From contig CACXDC010000011.1 of NCBI GenBank assembly GCA_902766365.1, positions 29,323 to 93,322 on the forward strand: 64,000 bases of DNA, written 5' to 3'. Numbering within the stretch: position 1 is the stretch's first letter; each line of letters starts with the position of its first letter. The notes beneath the pieces are model-generated. The model ran no database searches, was not told the origin of the DNA, and saw only the letters and a program-made list of their open reading frames with translations. The position numbers and the translations under genes were made by a program. The stretch is from an uncultured Lachnospiraceae bacterium (GTDB lineage Bacteria; Bacillota; Clostridia; Lachnospirales; Lachnospiraceae). Positions 37,486 through 46,289 of the stretch are shown here, in pieces.

Positions 37486-39150
37486 TCATTTCATTCCACT
37501 CCGCAGGAACACGATCCCATAAGGTGGTATGGTCAGATTTCCTTCTGTCAGATCTGCTTCCTCCTCTCCTGTATACAGCCCGTTTTCCAGTGCTGCCTCC
37601 TGCAGTTCTCCCAAAAGTGCCAGTGTCTGTGTTTCTCCTGATCCATTGATCAGTACATGAAGCTGCTGATCCTCCCATGTCTTAGTAAAGGCTGCCACGC
37701 TGTCTGAATCATACTCCGGCAGATCCTTTACCGTTCCTTTCCGAATCTCCGGATACAGATTCCGGTAATAAATGGCCTTTTTGTAATACTGATAAACGGA
37801 AGAAGGATCGTCCTTCTGTTCTTCATAGCTTCCGAATTTCATTTCAAAATCATCCATGTCTGCCGGGCCCCTGCACATGCCCTCTGCAGATGGATCATCA
37901 GAAAAATACATGGGTGCCCTCTTATTTTCATCTTTACCGGAACCCTTCATGCCAAGCTCTTCCCCGTAATAGATAAAGGCACTGCCGCTCATCATCAGAT
38001 TCATGGCACCTGCCAGCTTGGTCTGTGCTTCTGATTCTTCCCCGGCATAGTATCCCGCACTCCGTCCCATATCATGGTTCGTATAAAAAGGTGCATCGAT
38101 ATAATCCTTATTATGTGCAGAAAAGATCTCTCCGATCTCCTGCAGTCTCTGGCTGTAAAAGGATGCCGGTGTATTCCCCTTTACCACTCTGGCAATAATA
38201 CCATCCTTATTGGCAAAATCGAAATCAAACAGACTGTCAATGCCGCTGTCATAATATTTTTCGTAAACAGTCATATCAGAAAAGACCTCTGCCACCAGAT
38301 AGGCATCCGGGTATTTTTCTTTCACTGCATCTGTGAACCAGGAAAGGATCTCAATATTGGATTCATCTGCTCCTGTCACATATTCTTTGGCTGCATCCAG
38401 CCTGAAACCGCCAACTCCTTTACTGAGCCAGAAATCTGCAATCTTTTCAATTTCTGCCCTGAGCTCTTCATTATAGAGATTTAAGTCCGGCATGCCATCC
38501 CAGAACTGTGCCTCATAATACCAGATATCACTTCCCTTTACCGGACTGTAGCCGCTCTTTTTCTCTTTGGAAAAATTGTAATATGACACATACGGGCATG
38601 CCTCCGGATCCGGTTCTCCGTCTCCCAGTTCTTTCAGATAGCTGCACGCCTCCTGAAACCAGGGGTGCTCTGAAGAAGTATGGTTCAGCGCCAGATCCAT
38701 GATCACCTTGATTCCACGCTTCCTACAGGCCGTAAGAAAGGCTTCAAAATCTTCCATGGTGCCATATTCCGGATCAATACCATAATAATCAGTCGTATCA
38801 TATTTGTGATACGTAGGCGAAGGCATGATGGGCATCAGCCAGATGCCATTACAGCCAAGATCATCTGTTGTCGCCGGATCTCCGTCATTGATATAGTCAA
38901 GCTTCTCTGTCAGGCCTTTCAGATCCCCGATTCCATCTCCATTTCCATCATAAAAAGAGTATACAAATACTTCATAATAGGTACGGTAATTATCCTCCAT
39001 GGAAACCGGTTCCGGAACCGCCAGTGTTTCCTGTCCGGATGAGTCTGCTGTATTTTCAGTTTTCTGTCCTGCTGCACTCTGACAGCCGGTCAGTACTGTC
39101 ATAAGAAGCATGCTTCCTGCAAGGCACAGCGCCACGATCCTTCGTTTCAT
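37486..39150 (-). CDS. GH13 alpha-amylase-family lipoprotein
   Basis: Lipobox LTGC. Conserved regions DLALNHTS and GGFRLDAAKE. Confidence 0.85.
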   Translation of the reverse strand: MKRRIVALCLAGSMLLMTVLTGCQSAAGQKTENTADSSGQETLAVPEPVSMEDNYRTYYEVFVYSFYDGNGDGIGDLKGLTEKLDYINDGDPATTDDLGCNGIWLMPIMPSPTYHKYDTTDYYGIDPEYGTMEDFEAFLTACRKRGIKVIMDLALNHTSSEHPWFQEACSYLKELGDGEPDPEACPYVSYYNFSKEKKSGYSPVKGSDIWYYEAQFWDGMPDLNLYNEELRAEIEKIADFWLSKGVGGFRLDAAKEYVTGADESNIEILSWFTDAVKEKYPDAYLVAEVFSDMTVYEKYYDSGIDSLFDFDFANKDGIIARVVKGNTPASFYSQRLQEIGEIFSAHNKDYIDAPFYTNHDMGRSAGYYAGEESEAQTKLAGAMNLMMSGSAFIYYGEELGMKGSGKDENKRAPMYFSDDPSAEGMCRGPADMDDFEMKFGSYEEQKDDPSSVYQYYKKAIYYRNLYPEIRKGTVKDLPEYDSDSVAAFTKTWEDQQLHVLINGSGETQTLALLGELQEAALENGLYTGEEEADLTEGNLTIPPYGIVFLRSGMK

Positions 39151-40769
39151 CTGTCTGCCTCCCGTCCGTAAATTTCTGTAAGGTTTCTGAGAAACTCCTG
39201 CCGTTCTCTCGTAATACTTCCCTTCTTCATCTGGAAACGCCAGTTTTTCCCTATCGTAGATGGGAAATTCATTCTGGCTTCATTCGACAGCCCGAGCAGA
39301 TCCTGGAGAGAAATGATCACAATATCTGCGCTGCTCCTGTAAGCTTCCCGGACCAGTGCATCCGGGATTTCCCTTCTTTCTTTAATCTGCAGATAGTGAT
39401 ACGCAAATTCCAGTTCCTTTTGCGTCTTTCCAGCAAAATATCCGGCCACGGTTTCATTATCATGGGTTCCGGTATAGACGACCTGATTCCGGCTCTCATA
39501 GTTATATGGGAGATGTTCATTGTGGGGATTTCCGTCAAAAGCAAATAAAAGTACCCGCATTCCCGGCCATCCGGTCTTTTTCAGAAGCTTCTTCACCGCC
39601 GGTACCAGTACTCCGAGATTCTCTGCGATCACCCGGTTCTTTCCAAGTGTCTCCTCTATGGCATCTGTCAGCTTCCTGCCAGGTCCCTTATTCCATTTTC
39701 CGTTCCGTCCGTTCTCATCCTCTGCCGGAATACTGTAATATCTGGCAAATCCGATAAAGTGATCCAGTCTTATGATATCAAAAAGCTTTCCCGCAGCTTC
39801 CATCCTGCGCCGCCACCAGGAAAAGTCTTCCTTCTCCATCCTCTTCCAGTCATAAATGGGATTCCCCCATTTCTGTCCGTCATCGGAAAAGGCATCCGGT
39901 GGGCATCCTGCCACTACTGTAGGTCTCCCCTCCTGATCTAACAGAAACTCCTCTCTTTCTGCCCAGACATCCGCACTGTCAAGCGCTGCATAAAGAGGAA
40001 TATCCCCTATGATCCGGATCCCCTTTCCGTTTGCATATGCCTTCAGGTCTGTCCACGCCCTGAAAAACTCATATTGCAGGAAACGGTAAAACTCACAGTT
40101 TTCCTGTTCCTCCTTCCGGATCTTCTGCAGTGCCTTTTCCTTTCTCTGCTTCAGGGGCTCTTCCCATTCATACCATGGTTTGCCATTTTCTCTGTTCTTT
40201 ATGGCCATATACAGGACATAATCATCCAGCCATTCCCTGTTTTCCTCACAGAATGTGCGGTATTCCTTCTTTTCTGCATCAAAACGAGCAAAGGCCTTTC
40301 TGAGGATCTGAAACCGGGTCTGATACAGATGGCCATAATCTACGAGACTTTCTGAGTTTCTGTTTTCTGTACCGGACTTCTCAGGTCTCCCATCCTCCAG
40401 TCCTTTTCCATCTGCACTGCCCGCTTCTTCCTCTGTCAGCAGTCCCTGCCTTACCAGTTCATCCAGATCGATCAGATAGGGATTCCCGGCAAAGGCGGAA
40501 AAGGACTGATAAGGGCTGTCTCCATAGCCTGTAGGGCCAAGCGGCAGTACCTGCCAGTAGCTCTGTTTCATCTCAGCCAGAAGATCAACAAAGGCATAGG
40601 CTTCCTTTCCGATGGTACCGATCCCGTGCGGAGAAGGCAGGCTGGTAATTGACAGCAGGATCCCGGCTCCCCTCTGCATATGGTTTTCCTGTGTATTGTT
40701 TTTATGTATATGATTTTTCTGCGTATGATTTTCTTTCCTGATTTTCTCCTGCCTGTGCTTTTCCTTCAT
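39147..40769 (-). CDS. malQ: 4-alpha-glucanotransferase (amylomaltase, GH77)
   Basis: The core begins GAGILLSITSLPSPHGIGTIGKEAYAFVD. The start is ambiguous: 40769, or ATG 40679 just before the conserved core. Confidence 0.9.
   Translation of the reverse strand: MKEKHRQEKIRKENHTQKNHIHKNNTQENHMQRGAGILLSITSLPSPHGIGTIGKEAYAFVDLLAEMKQSYWQVLPLGPTGYGDSPYQSFSAFAGNPYLIDLDELVRQGLLTEEEAGSADGKGLEDGRPEKSGTENRNSESLVDYGHLYQTRFQILRKAFARFDAEKKEYRTFCEENREWLDDYVLYMAIKNRENGKPWYEWEEPLKQRKEKALQKIRKEEQENCEFYRFLQYEFFRAWTDLKAYANGKGIRIIGDIPLYAALDSADVWAEREEFLLDQEGRPTVVAGCPPDAFSDDGQKWGNPIYDWKRMEKEDFSWWRRRMEAAGKLFDIIRLDHFIGFARYYSIPAEDENGRNGKWNKGPGRKLTDAIEETLGKNRVIAENLGVLVPAVKKLLKKTGWPGMRVLLFAFDGNPHNEHLPYNYESRNQVVYTGTHDNETVAGYFAGKTQKELEFAYHYLQIKERREIPDALVREAYRSSADIVIISLQDLLGLSNEARMNFPSTIGKNWRFQMKKGSITRERQEFLRNLTEIYGREADR
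40674..40733 (-). repeat. Four tandem 15-nt repeats at the 5' end of malQ
   Basis: The plus-strand units are ctgcatatggttttc / ctgtgtattgttttt / atgtatatgattttt / ctgcgtatgattttc. If translated they encode ENHTQ-KNHIH-KNNTQ-ENHMQ. Confidence 0.75.
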
Positions 40770-40874
40770 TCCGGCATTCTCCCTCCTGCATTCCTGACCA
40801 TCGTTTCTTTCACTATCTGTATTATACTATTTTTCTTTCCTTCTGTCTTTTATTTTTTCGTATTTTTTCGTTTT

Positions 40875-41026
40875 ATGGCAGTAAGAAAGAATCCTGCCTG
40901 CAGGATGCTCCGCCCGCGGCGGATCGCTCCATGCGACATCAACCCATCCGCCGCAGTGCGATCCTGCCCGGAGGGCTTTTTATGTCATTGAAACATTACA
41001 AAGTAATTTCCTATGACATAAAAAAA
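40875..41026. repeat. Intergenic repeat, copy B, carrying a 70-nt insertion
   Basis: Same unit as 8331-8412. The extra GC-rich segment 40899-40960 is followed by a second copy of atcctgcc (40961-40968), matching 40891-40898. Confidence 0.7.
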
Positions 41027-41060
41027 CTGGCCGCCCATTGACAGCCAGTAAGTATCCATT

Positions 41061-41213
41061 TATAAAAACCACCATAAAGTTATGATGGTTGCTCAAATAA
41101 GCAAGAGGTTATTTGGCAGGCGTCCGCTTCTCCTGCATCTCTCGGGTTTCCCCTGTCAAGCCATCGGCGTGTGGATCGGACGAATTCTTCCACCTCAAAT
41201 AACCCCTCTTATA
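41061..41213 (-). ncRNA. Candidate structured RNA capped by an intrinsic terminator (family unassigned)
   Basis: 13-bp closing helix (41103-41115 with 41196-41210, 2-nt bulge). GNRA hairpin GGG-GAAA-CCC (41144-41153). CGTCCG (41121-41126) is complementary to CGGACG (41177-41182) in a pseudoknot topology. The terminator is ACCAUCAUA-ACUU-UAUGGUGGU followed by UUUUAU (41061-41089). Confidence 0.3.
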
Positions 41214-41234
41214 TTCTATACAATTGTAACATCA

Positions 41235-41712
41235 CTATTTTTTTTTGTAAAGAACCCTCTTATTTCGCAGCAATCTGTTCCACTCTTTTTCATCAATTTT
41301 CATAAAAGTAATTATAGAATTTTTGTACGCCTTATTATCAGCAGATGTGGCCAACCGCAGTACTGTCTTAAATCGTTCCTTTTCAGTAATTATTTCTTTA
41401 AGAATCAATGCAGTATTTGGCTTTGCTGTTTCTATAATATAATCCGGATTTCTTACAATTTCTCCAAACCATCCTGAAAACCGTTCATAATTATTTGGAT
41501 ATCTGTTTTTAATATGCTGAATTTGATTATCTGACTTCATCTGTCACAATGTCTTCCGTTATACACCTGTATATTTCCCGATCAATTTTACCTACTGTAT
41601 GCACTTCAATATTCCTTTTATCTGCTGATACATCAATTTTAGTATTTTCATGTTCCTCCGCTCTACTTTTTTGCTTCTTTGCTCTTTCTCCATACCCTGG
41701 TCTTCCTGAAAT
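41235..41712 (-). pseudogene. Frameshifted, start-less remnant of a phage/ICE-type gene (possible Barnase-EndoU-ColE5/D-RelE-like nuclease fold)
   Basis: A 61-codon frame with no start codon (ISGRPGYGERAK...HTVGKIDREIYRCITEDIVTDEVR) ends at TAA 41527-41529. It continues in the +1 frame as the 101-aa ORF 41235-41540 (SDNQIQHIKNRYPNNYERF...). The fold assignment is from memory of similar proteins. Confidence 0.4.
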
Positions 41713-41922
41713 CTAATGTCCCACTTTCATATGGAACTCTTTATCCTGAAAAAATATCCTGGGACAGATCCAGATCATAGTCTTACGATACCTATAATCC
41801 AACTGGCAATGAGCGGCGGATAGGATCCTGACTATACTTTGAAAAAATTTACAGGGAATACATGGATAATTTTCAGTAAAAATTTACTGATATAACGAAC
41901 AGTCACTTTGAAAAATAAATAT

Positions 41923-41969
41923 AAGTTCACACGAAAGTTCACACAGGTTGACATGAAAGTTGACATGAA
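41923..41969. repeat. Four phased direct repeats next to the tRNA-Trp terminator
   Basis: AAGTTCACAC occurs at 41923 and 41935. GTTGACATGAA occurs at 41947 and 41959. The shared core is GTT(C/G)ACA. Confidence 0.7.
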
Positions 41970-41972
41970 TAG

Positions 41973-41998
41973 CAAAAACCCTGGTAAATACCAGGGTT
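41973..41998 (-). terminator. Intrinsic terminator of tRNA-Trp
   Basis: The minus strand reads AACCCTGG-TATTTA-CCAGGGTT followed by TTTGC, directly after the tRNA 3' end. Confidence 0.7.
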
Positions 41999-42005
41999 TT
42001 TCAAG

Positions 42006-42076
42006 CAGGGGCAGTAGGAATCGAACCCACATCGACGGTTTTGGAGACCGCTGTTCTACCGTTGAACTATGCCCCT
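42006..42076 (-). tRNA. trnW: tRNA-Trp (anticodon CCA), no encoded 3' CCA
   Basis: The manual cloverleaf is AGGGGCA TA GTTC AACGGTA GAAC A GCGGT CTCCAAA ACCGT CGAT GTGGG TTCGATT CCTAC TGCCCCT G. Confidence 0.9.
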
Positions 42077-42125
42077 ATTTCTGTGGTTCTCAAGACCACC
42101 GAAGATTATTATATCTAAAACACTC

Positions 42126-43124
42126 TTATCTGTCAACAGCTTTTGCAGTAGATTTTCTTTTGATAAATCTTGGACGTAAAAGTGTCTTGCTGATAGATAC
42201 ATGATTCATCAGGGAATGTAATGCCATATAACCGCATTTGCCAAGTTCTGTCCTCTCCTGGCGTATCGTAGTGAGAGGCGGCGTTGTTACCGTTGACATC
42301 GGCAGATCATCGAAACCGATCACACTGATATCCTCCGGCACTCTCTTATGTAATCTCTCGCATTCCTTCAGTACACCATAGGCAAGCAGGTCATTACCAC
42401 ACACAATGGCTGTCGCACCTCTCTCCACAAAAGCCGGTACAAAATCCTTGGCAGATTCTGCTACGTAATACCCATTTGCTACCATCTTCGGATCTATTGC
42501 CAGGCCATGTGCTTTCATACTGTCGTAGAAAGCCTCCTGTCTGTGTTCCGTGATCATGGAATACAGGGAACCGTTCAGAAAAGCGATCTTCTTATGTCCC
42601 AGCTCCTGCAGATGCAGAATTGCTGTATCTATTCCTTCATAGCTGTCAGTTCCGATATAGGCTACATTGGGATTTTTCCAGATAAAGTTGTCAAACAGAG
42701 CCGTAGCGATCCCGGTATCCTGTAACTGTTCCATCCAGGGATCCTGCAGGGCAAAGCCAACCAGAAAAGACCCGGAGTATCCATTTTTGAGCATAAAGGT
42801 ATCATACTTTTCCTGAGCCTGAAATTCCGGTGTCACAGGAAGTACTTCTACGCGCCAGTTATCTCTGAATGCTGCCTGCCGGAAGCCAAGCACTATATCA
42901 TATCCGAAATCACCTGCAGATTCATATTTCATATTTTCAATGAACAGACAAAGCTTCCTGTGTTCTTCCTTTTTCATCCGCTTTGTCACATAACCCATTT
43001 CTACCGCTGTATCCAGAATCGTCTGCCGCAGTTCGATACTTACGTCTGTCGCTCCATTAAGCCCTTTTGATACTGTACTGATCGATACCCCAAGTCTCTC
43101 TGCTATTTCCTTAATTGTTGCCAT
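42126..43124 (-). CDS. LacI-family transcriptional regulator
   Basis: MATIKEIAERLGVSISTVSKGLNG HTH plus a periplasmic-binding-like sugar domain. The ORF-track start at 43178 overlaps the upstream gene. Confidence 0.85.
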   Translation of the reverse strand: MATIKEIAERLGVSISTVSKGLNGATDVSIELRQTILDTAVEMGYVTKRMKKEEHRKLCLFIENMKYESAGDFGYDIVLGFRQAAFRDNWRVEVLPVTPEFQAQEKYDTFMLKNGYSGSFLVGFALQDPWMEQLQDTGIATALFDNFIWKNPNVAYIGTDSYEGIDTAILHLQELGHKKIAFLNGSLYSMITEHRQEAFYDSMKAHGLAIDPKMVANGYYVAESAKDFVPAFVERGATAIVCGNDLLAYGVLKECERLHKRVPEDISVIGFDDLPMSTVTTPPLTTIRQERTELGKCGYMALHSLMNHVSISKTLLRPRFIKRKSTAKAVDR

Positions 43125-43143
43125 TCTTCCTGCCTGCACACTC

Positions 43144-44256
43144 CTAATTCTGTAATCTGTCTTTCGTGTCAGCCTCAATCTGGGCGCTGAAGCTCTTCAG
43201 TTCTGCCGATGGTTCATAATTTTCTTCCGCATACAATATTTCATGGAGCTTCACTACATTATCTGTAAGAGACATGGGTACTACACAGGCTCCTACAGAA
43301 AGGGAGGCTCCTGCTCGCATTCCTGCAAAGGGGAAGCCATCACTGACAGTCACCTTGTAATCTCCTACTTTACTCAGGACAGCAGCAATATCCTCCACGT
43401 CGATCGAGGTAACGACATGGGGCAGTACGGCATTCATGGCATTCATAAGTGTTCCTACAGATGCGCTCTTTGCCTTCTCCATCATGGCAATCAGCACATC
43501 CCGCTGCCTCTTGGTACGTTCAAAATCATCCCCCACATAACGGATCCTGCAATAGGCAGTTGCCTGCAGCCCATTCAGCGTCTGCAGCCCCGGTTCCGTA
43601 ACCGGTTCATAATCCACTCCGGCTGTGGCGGTGAAATTCTTCTGATCCTCAGTCGTTCCCACCATGCTGATCTGATAATTGTTCAGATGGCTGATCTCAT
43701 TTTCCTTCACATCGATCTCCACGCCGCCAAGGGCATCCACTGCCTCCATCAGTCCTTCGAAGCCAACGGTTATGTAATCTGTCACGTAGAGATCGGTATT
43801 CATATTGATCATGCCAAGAGCCATTTCCGGTCCCCCCTTGGCATAGGCAGCATTGCATTTATTGTAGGTATCATTGCCAAGATTCAGATAAGTATCTCTG
43901 TAGATAGAGATCAGACGCACATCATGCTTGTCCATATCGATAGAACAGATCATAATGGTATCACTTCTGTTATTTCCTTTTCCAAGGTTCTCATCTCTGG
44001 CATCTACTCCGAAAAAAGCAATATTATAAATTCCCGTATATGTCTTTGTCTCTTCGCCTTCTCCGTTTTCCTCTTCCTGTATCTTTTCCTTAACTTCCTC
44101 ATTGACAGCGATCTGTTCCGTATCGATCCTGTCCTTCTTTACACCATTTTTTCCTGTCGTACGGAGAACTACATATAAAGCACCCGCTGCTGCGATCAGA
44201 ACTACCAGTTCCAATATAAAAAGCGGTATGTGTTTTATCCATTTTTTCTTATCCAT
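43144..44256 (-). CDS. LytR-CpsA-Psr (LCP) family protein
   Basis: N-terminal TM helix, and an LCP core NIAFFGVDARD...RSDTIMICSID...ISIYRDTY. Confidence 0.85.
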   Translation of the reverse strand: MDKKKWIKHIPLFILELVVLIAAAGALYVVLRTTGKNGVKKDRIDTEQIAVNEEVKEKIQEEENGEGEETKTYTGIYNIAFFGVDARDENLGKGNNRSDTIMICSIDMDKHDVRLISIYRDTYLNLGNDTYNKCNAAYAKGGPEMALGMINMNTDLYVTDYITVGFEGLMEAVDALGGVEIDVKENEISHLNNYQISMVGTTEDQKNFTATAGVDYEPVTEPGLQTLNGLQATAYCRIRYVGDDFERTKRQRDVLIAMMEKAKSASVGTLMNAMNAVLPHVVTSIDVEDIAAVLSKVGDYKVTVSDGFPFAGMRAGASLSVGACVVPMSLTDNVVKLHEILYAEENYEPSAELKSFSAQIEADTKDRLQN

Positions 44257-44384
44257 TCCATGCTCCTTTGTGAATTGTCGTAATTTCCGACAAACATACC
44301 TTACTATTTTATCACAGGAATCCGTAAATTTGAATAGAAAAGAATATTTTCTTAAAAAAATGTTACAAAACTGTAATATTTATC

Positions 44385-45755
44385 TCAGATCAGATCCATT
44401 GCCTCACTCACACTGTCCACATAAATAATTTTGATCCCTTCGATATCTTTCAGGCTTTCCCGGCATACCCCGGGCACAATACAACTGGTAAAGCCCAGCT
44501 TTTTTGCTTCCTGTACACGTACCTTGATCATACTGACAGCCCGCACTTCGCCGCTCAGTCCGATCTCTCCCATAGCCACCATACTGCCATCCACTGCCCG
44601 GTTTTTAAAGCTGGATACGACCGCCATGGCGATCCCGAGATCAATCGATGGTTCCATGATCTTAATCCCTCCGGCAATATTGACATAGGCATCACAGCTT
44701 CCAAGCTGCAGCCCCAGCCGTTTTTCCAGCACTGCCATCAGCAGGTTCACCCGGTTAAAATCTGTTCCTGTGGTCTGCCGTCTCGGAATCCCGAAATTGC
44801 TGTGGCAGACCAGTGCCTGGATCTCTATCAGAATCGGCCTTGTTCCTTCCATGGCACAGGTTACAACCGATCCACTGGCATCCTCCGGCCGGCCGCTGAG
44901 CATCATCCTGGAAGGATTCAGAACCTCTTTCAGTCCATCAGCTTCCATCTCAAACACACCGATCTCATTGGTCGAGCCAAACCGGTTTTTTACCCCGCGC
45001 AGGATCCGGTAAGAAGCATGTCTGTCACCTTCAAAGTAAAGAACTGTATCCACCATGTGTTCCAGTACTCTTGGTCCTGCTACCGTTCCTTCCTTCGTTA
45101 CATGACCTACGATAAAGATCGACGTGTTCAGTCCCTTTGCCAGCTTCAGCAGGATACCGGTGGCCTCCCTTACCTGGGAAACACTGCCGGGAGCCGCCGA
45201 TACCTCGGCTATAGACATGGTCTGTATGGAGTCGATGATGACGATCTGGGGACGCTTTTTCTGAATGACATCTTCAATGGTATCCAGATCTGTCTCGCAG
45301 AGCAGCTTCAGATGCTCTGTGAATTCACCCAGTCTTGCTGCCCTGAGTTTGATCTGCCGCAGGGATTCCTCTCCGGATACATACAGCACTTCCTTTCCTG
45401 CCGCCGCAAGATTTCTGCAGACCTGTAAAAGCAGTGTAGACTTGCCGATTCCGGGATCACCGCCTACCAGGATCAGAGACCCTTCCACGATACCTCCGCC
45501 AAGAACCCTGTCCAGCTCCCCGATTCCACAGCTTGTCCTCTCTTCCTCTGACAGTGAAATATCTGCAAGCGTCTCCGGCTCTGCTGCTGTATGTGGATTT
45601 CCCGCCTTTCTGATGCCGCCTTTCCCGGCTCCTGTCACCACGGTCTCTTCTACAAAGGTGTTCCATTCCCGACACCCCGGGCACTGCCCCATCCACTTTG
45701 CTGACTCATATCCACAATTCTGACAGAAAAAAACTGTACTTTTTGCTTTTGCCAT
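44385..45755 (-). CDS. radA: DNA repair protein RadA/Sms
   Basis: Zn finger CQNCGY...CPGC, Walker A GGDPGIGKST, the KNRFG motif, and a Lon-like C-terminal domain. Confidence 0.95.
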   Translation of the reverse strand: MAKAKSTVFFCQNCGYESAKWMGQCPGCREWNTFVEETVVTGAGKGGIRKAGNPHTAAEPETLADISLSEEERTSCGIGELDRVLGGGIVEGSLILVGGDPGIGKSTLLLQVCRNLAAAGKEVLYVSGEESLRQIKLRAARLGEFTEHLKLLCETDLDTIEDVIQKKRPQIVIIDSIQTMSIAEVSAAPGSVSQVREATGILLKLAKGLNTSIFIVGHVTKEGTVAGPRVLEHMVDTVLYFEGDRHASYRILRGVKNRFGSTNEIGVFEMEADGLKEVLNPSRMMLSGRPEDASGSVVTCAMEGTRPILIEIQALVCHSNFGIPRRQTTGTDFNRVNLLMAVLEKRLGLQLGSCDAYVNIAGGIKIMEPSIDLGIAMAVVSSFKNRAVDGSMVAMGEIGLSGEVRAVSMIKVRVQEAKKLGFTSCIVPGVCRESLKDIEGIKIIYVDSVSEAMDLI

Positions 45756-45814
45756 GCTTCCTGCATCCTTTCTGAAAAAAGCCTCCTGACCGGTAAGGCC
45801 AGAAGGCTTTTACT

Positions 45815-46228
45815 TTATCTTGCTACAATGTCAACCTTAACTTCTCCTGCTCCTGCAAGTTCCACACTGAGGTTCAGCTTGCCACCCAGATTGGTCTTCA
45901 TACCGCCAATGCTCTGATCGTCCACATAGACTACATACTCGGTATCTTCCATCAGACCTACTGTGATCTGTGCATCCTCGTCTCCTTCTACCAGGAAGCT
46001 GACTCCTTTTTCGGTTTCCCTGAAGTTCAGTACGCTGGTTCCCGGTACAGATTCATATACAAATAAACCATTTCTTTCCAGCTTAGTCATTGTCTTAAAT
46101 GTCTTAACCTTGTACTGATCACCATCATGCTCAAAATCTTCAACCTTCTGCTTGGTTTCAAGCCTGTGATTTCCAAAGCTTATGCTGCCATCCGCTTCTG
46201 TCCGGATCAGTTCTTCCACAACAGCCAT
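45815..46228 (-). CDS. Hypothetical protein
   Basis: ORF between clpC and radA. GGAGG lies 8 nt before ATG 46228. No motif was recognised. Confidence 0.5.
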   Translation of the reverse strand: MAVVEELIRTEADGSISFGNHRLETKQKVEDFEHDGDQYKVKTFKTMTKLERNGLFVYESVPGTSVLNFRETEKGVSFLVEGDEDAQITVGLMEDTEYVVYVDDQSIGGMKTNLGGKLNLSVELAGAGEVKVDIVAR

Positions 46229-46289
46229 CCCTATTTCCTCCATTGTATGCATTTGTATTAATATTGATAGCATTAGTATAATCTATTTT

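Noticed and set aside
37352-37678. 108-aa minus-strand ORF overlapping the 3' end of the amylase gene
   Set aside because: It lies out of frame within a confidently assigned GH13 gene and its terminator region, and it has an Arg/Gly-rich composition.
8413-40874. The 32-kb segment bracketed by the two direct repeat copies, considered as a possible genomic island
   Set aside because: Its content is mostly housekeeping (carAB, purL, malQ) with flank-like composition. The repeats more plausibly mark two separate small acquired segments.
41103-41210. Possible ZTP (pfl) or ykkC-type riboswitch identity for the structured RNA candidate
   Set aside because: Short stretches look superficially similar (ACAGGGGAAACCCGAGAG, CGCCTGCC). 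The hallmark conserved blocks of those families (for example GGGUCGUGACUGGCG or CUAGGGUUCCG / GGUCCGAGAG) are absent, and the downstream genes do not fit. It is left unassigned.
41832-42204. ORFs 41832-42032 (-) and 41908-42204 (+)
   Set aside because: Both run through the tRNA-Trp gene and its terminator, so they are not credible as coding.
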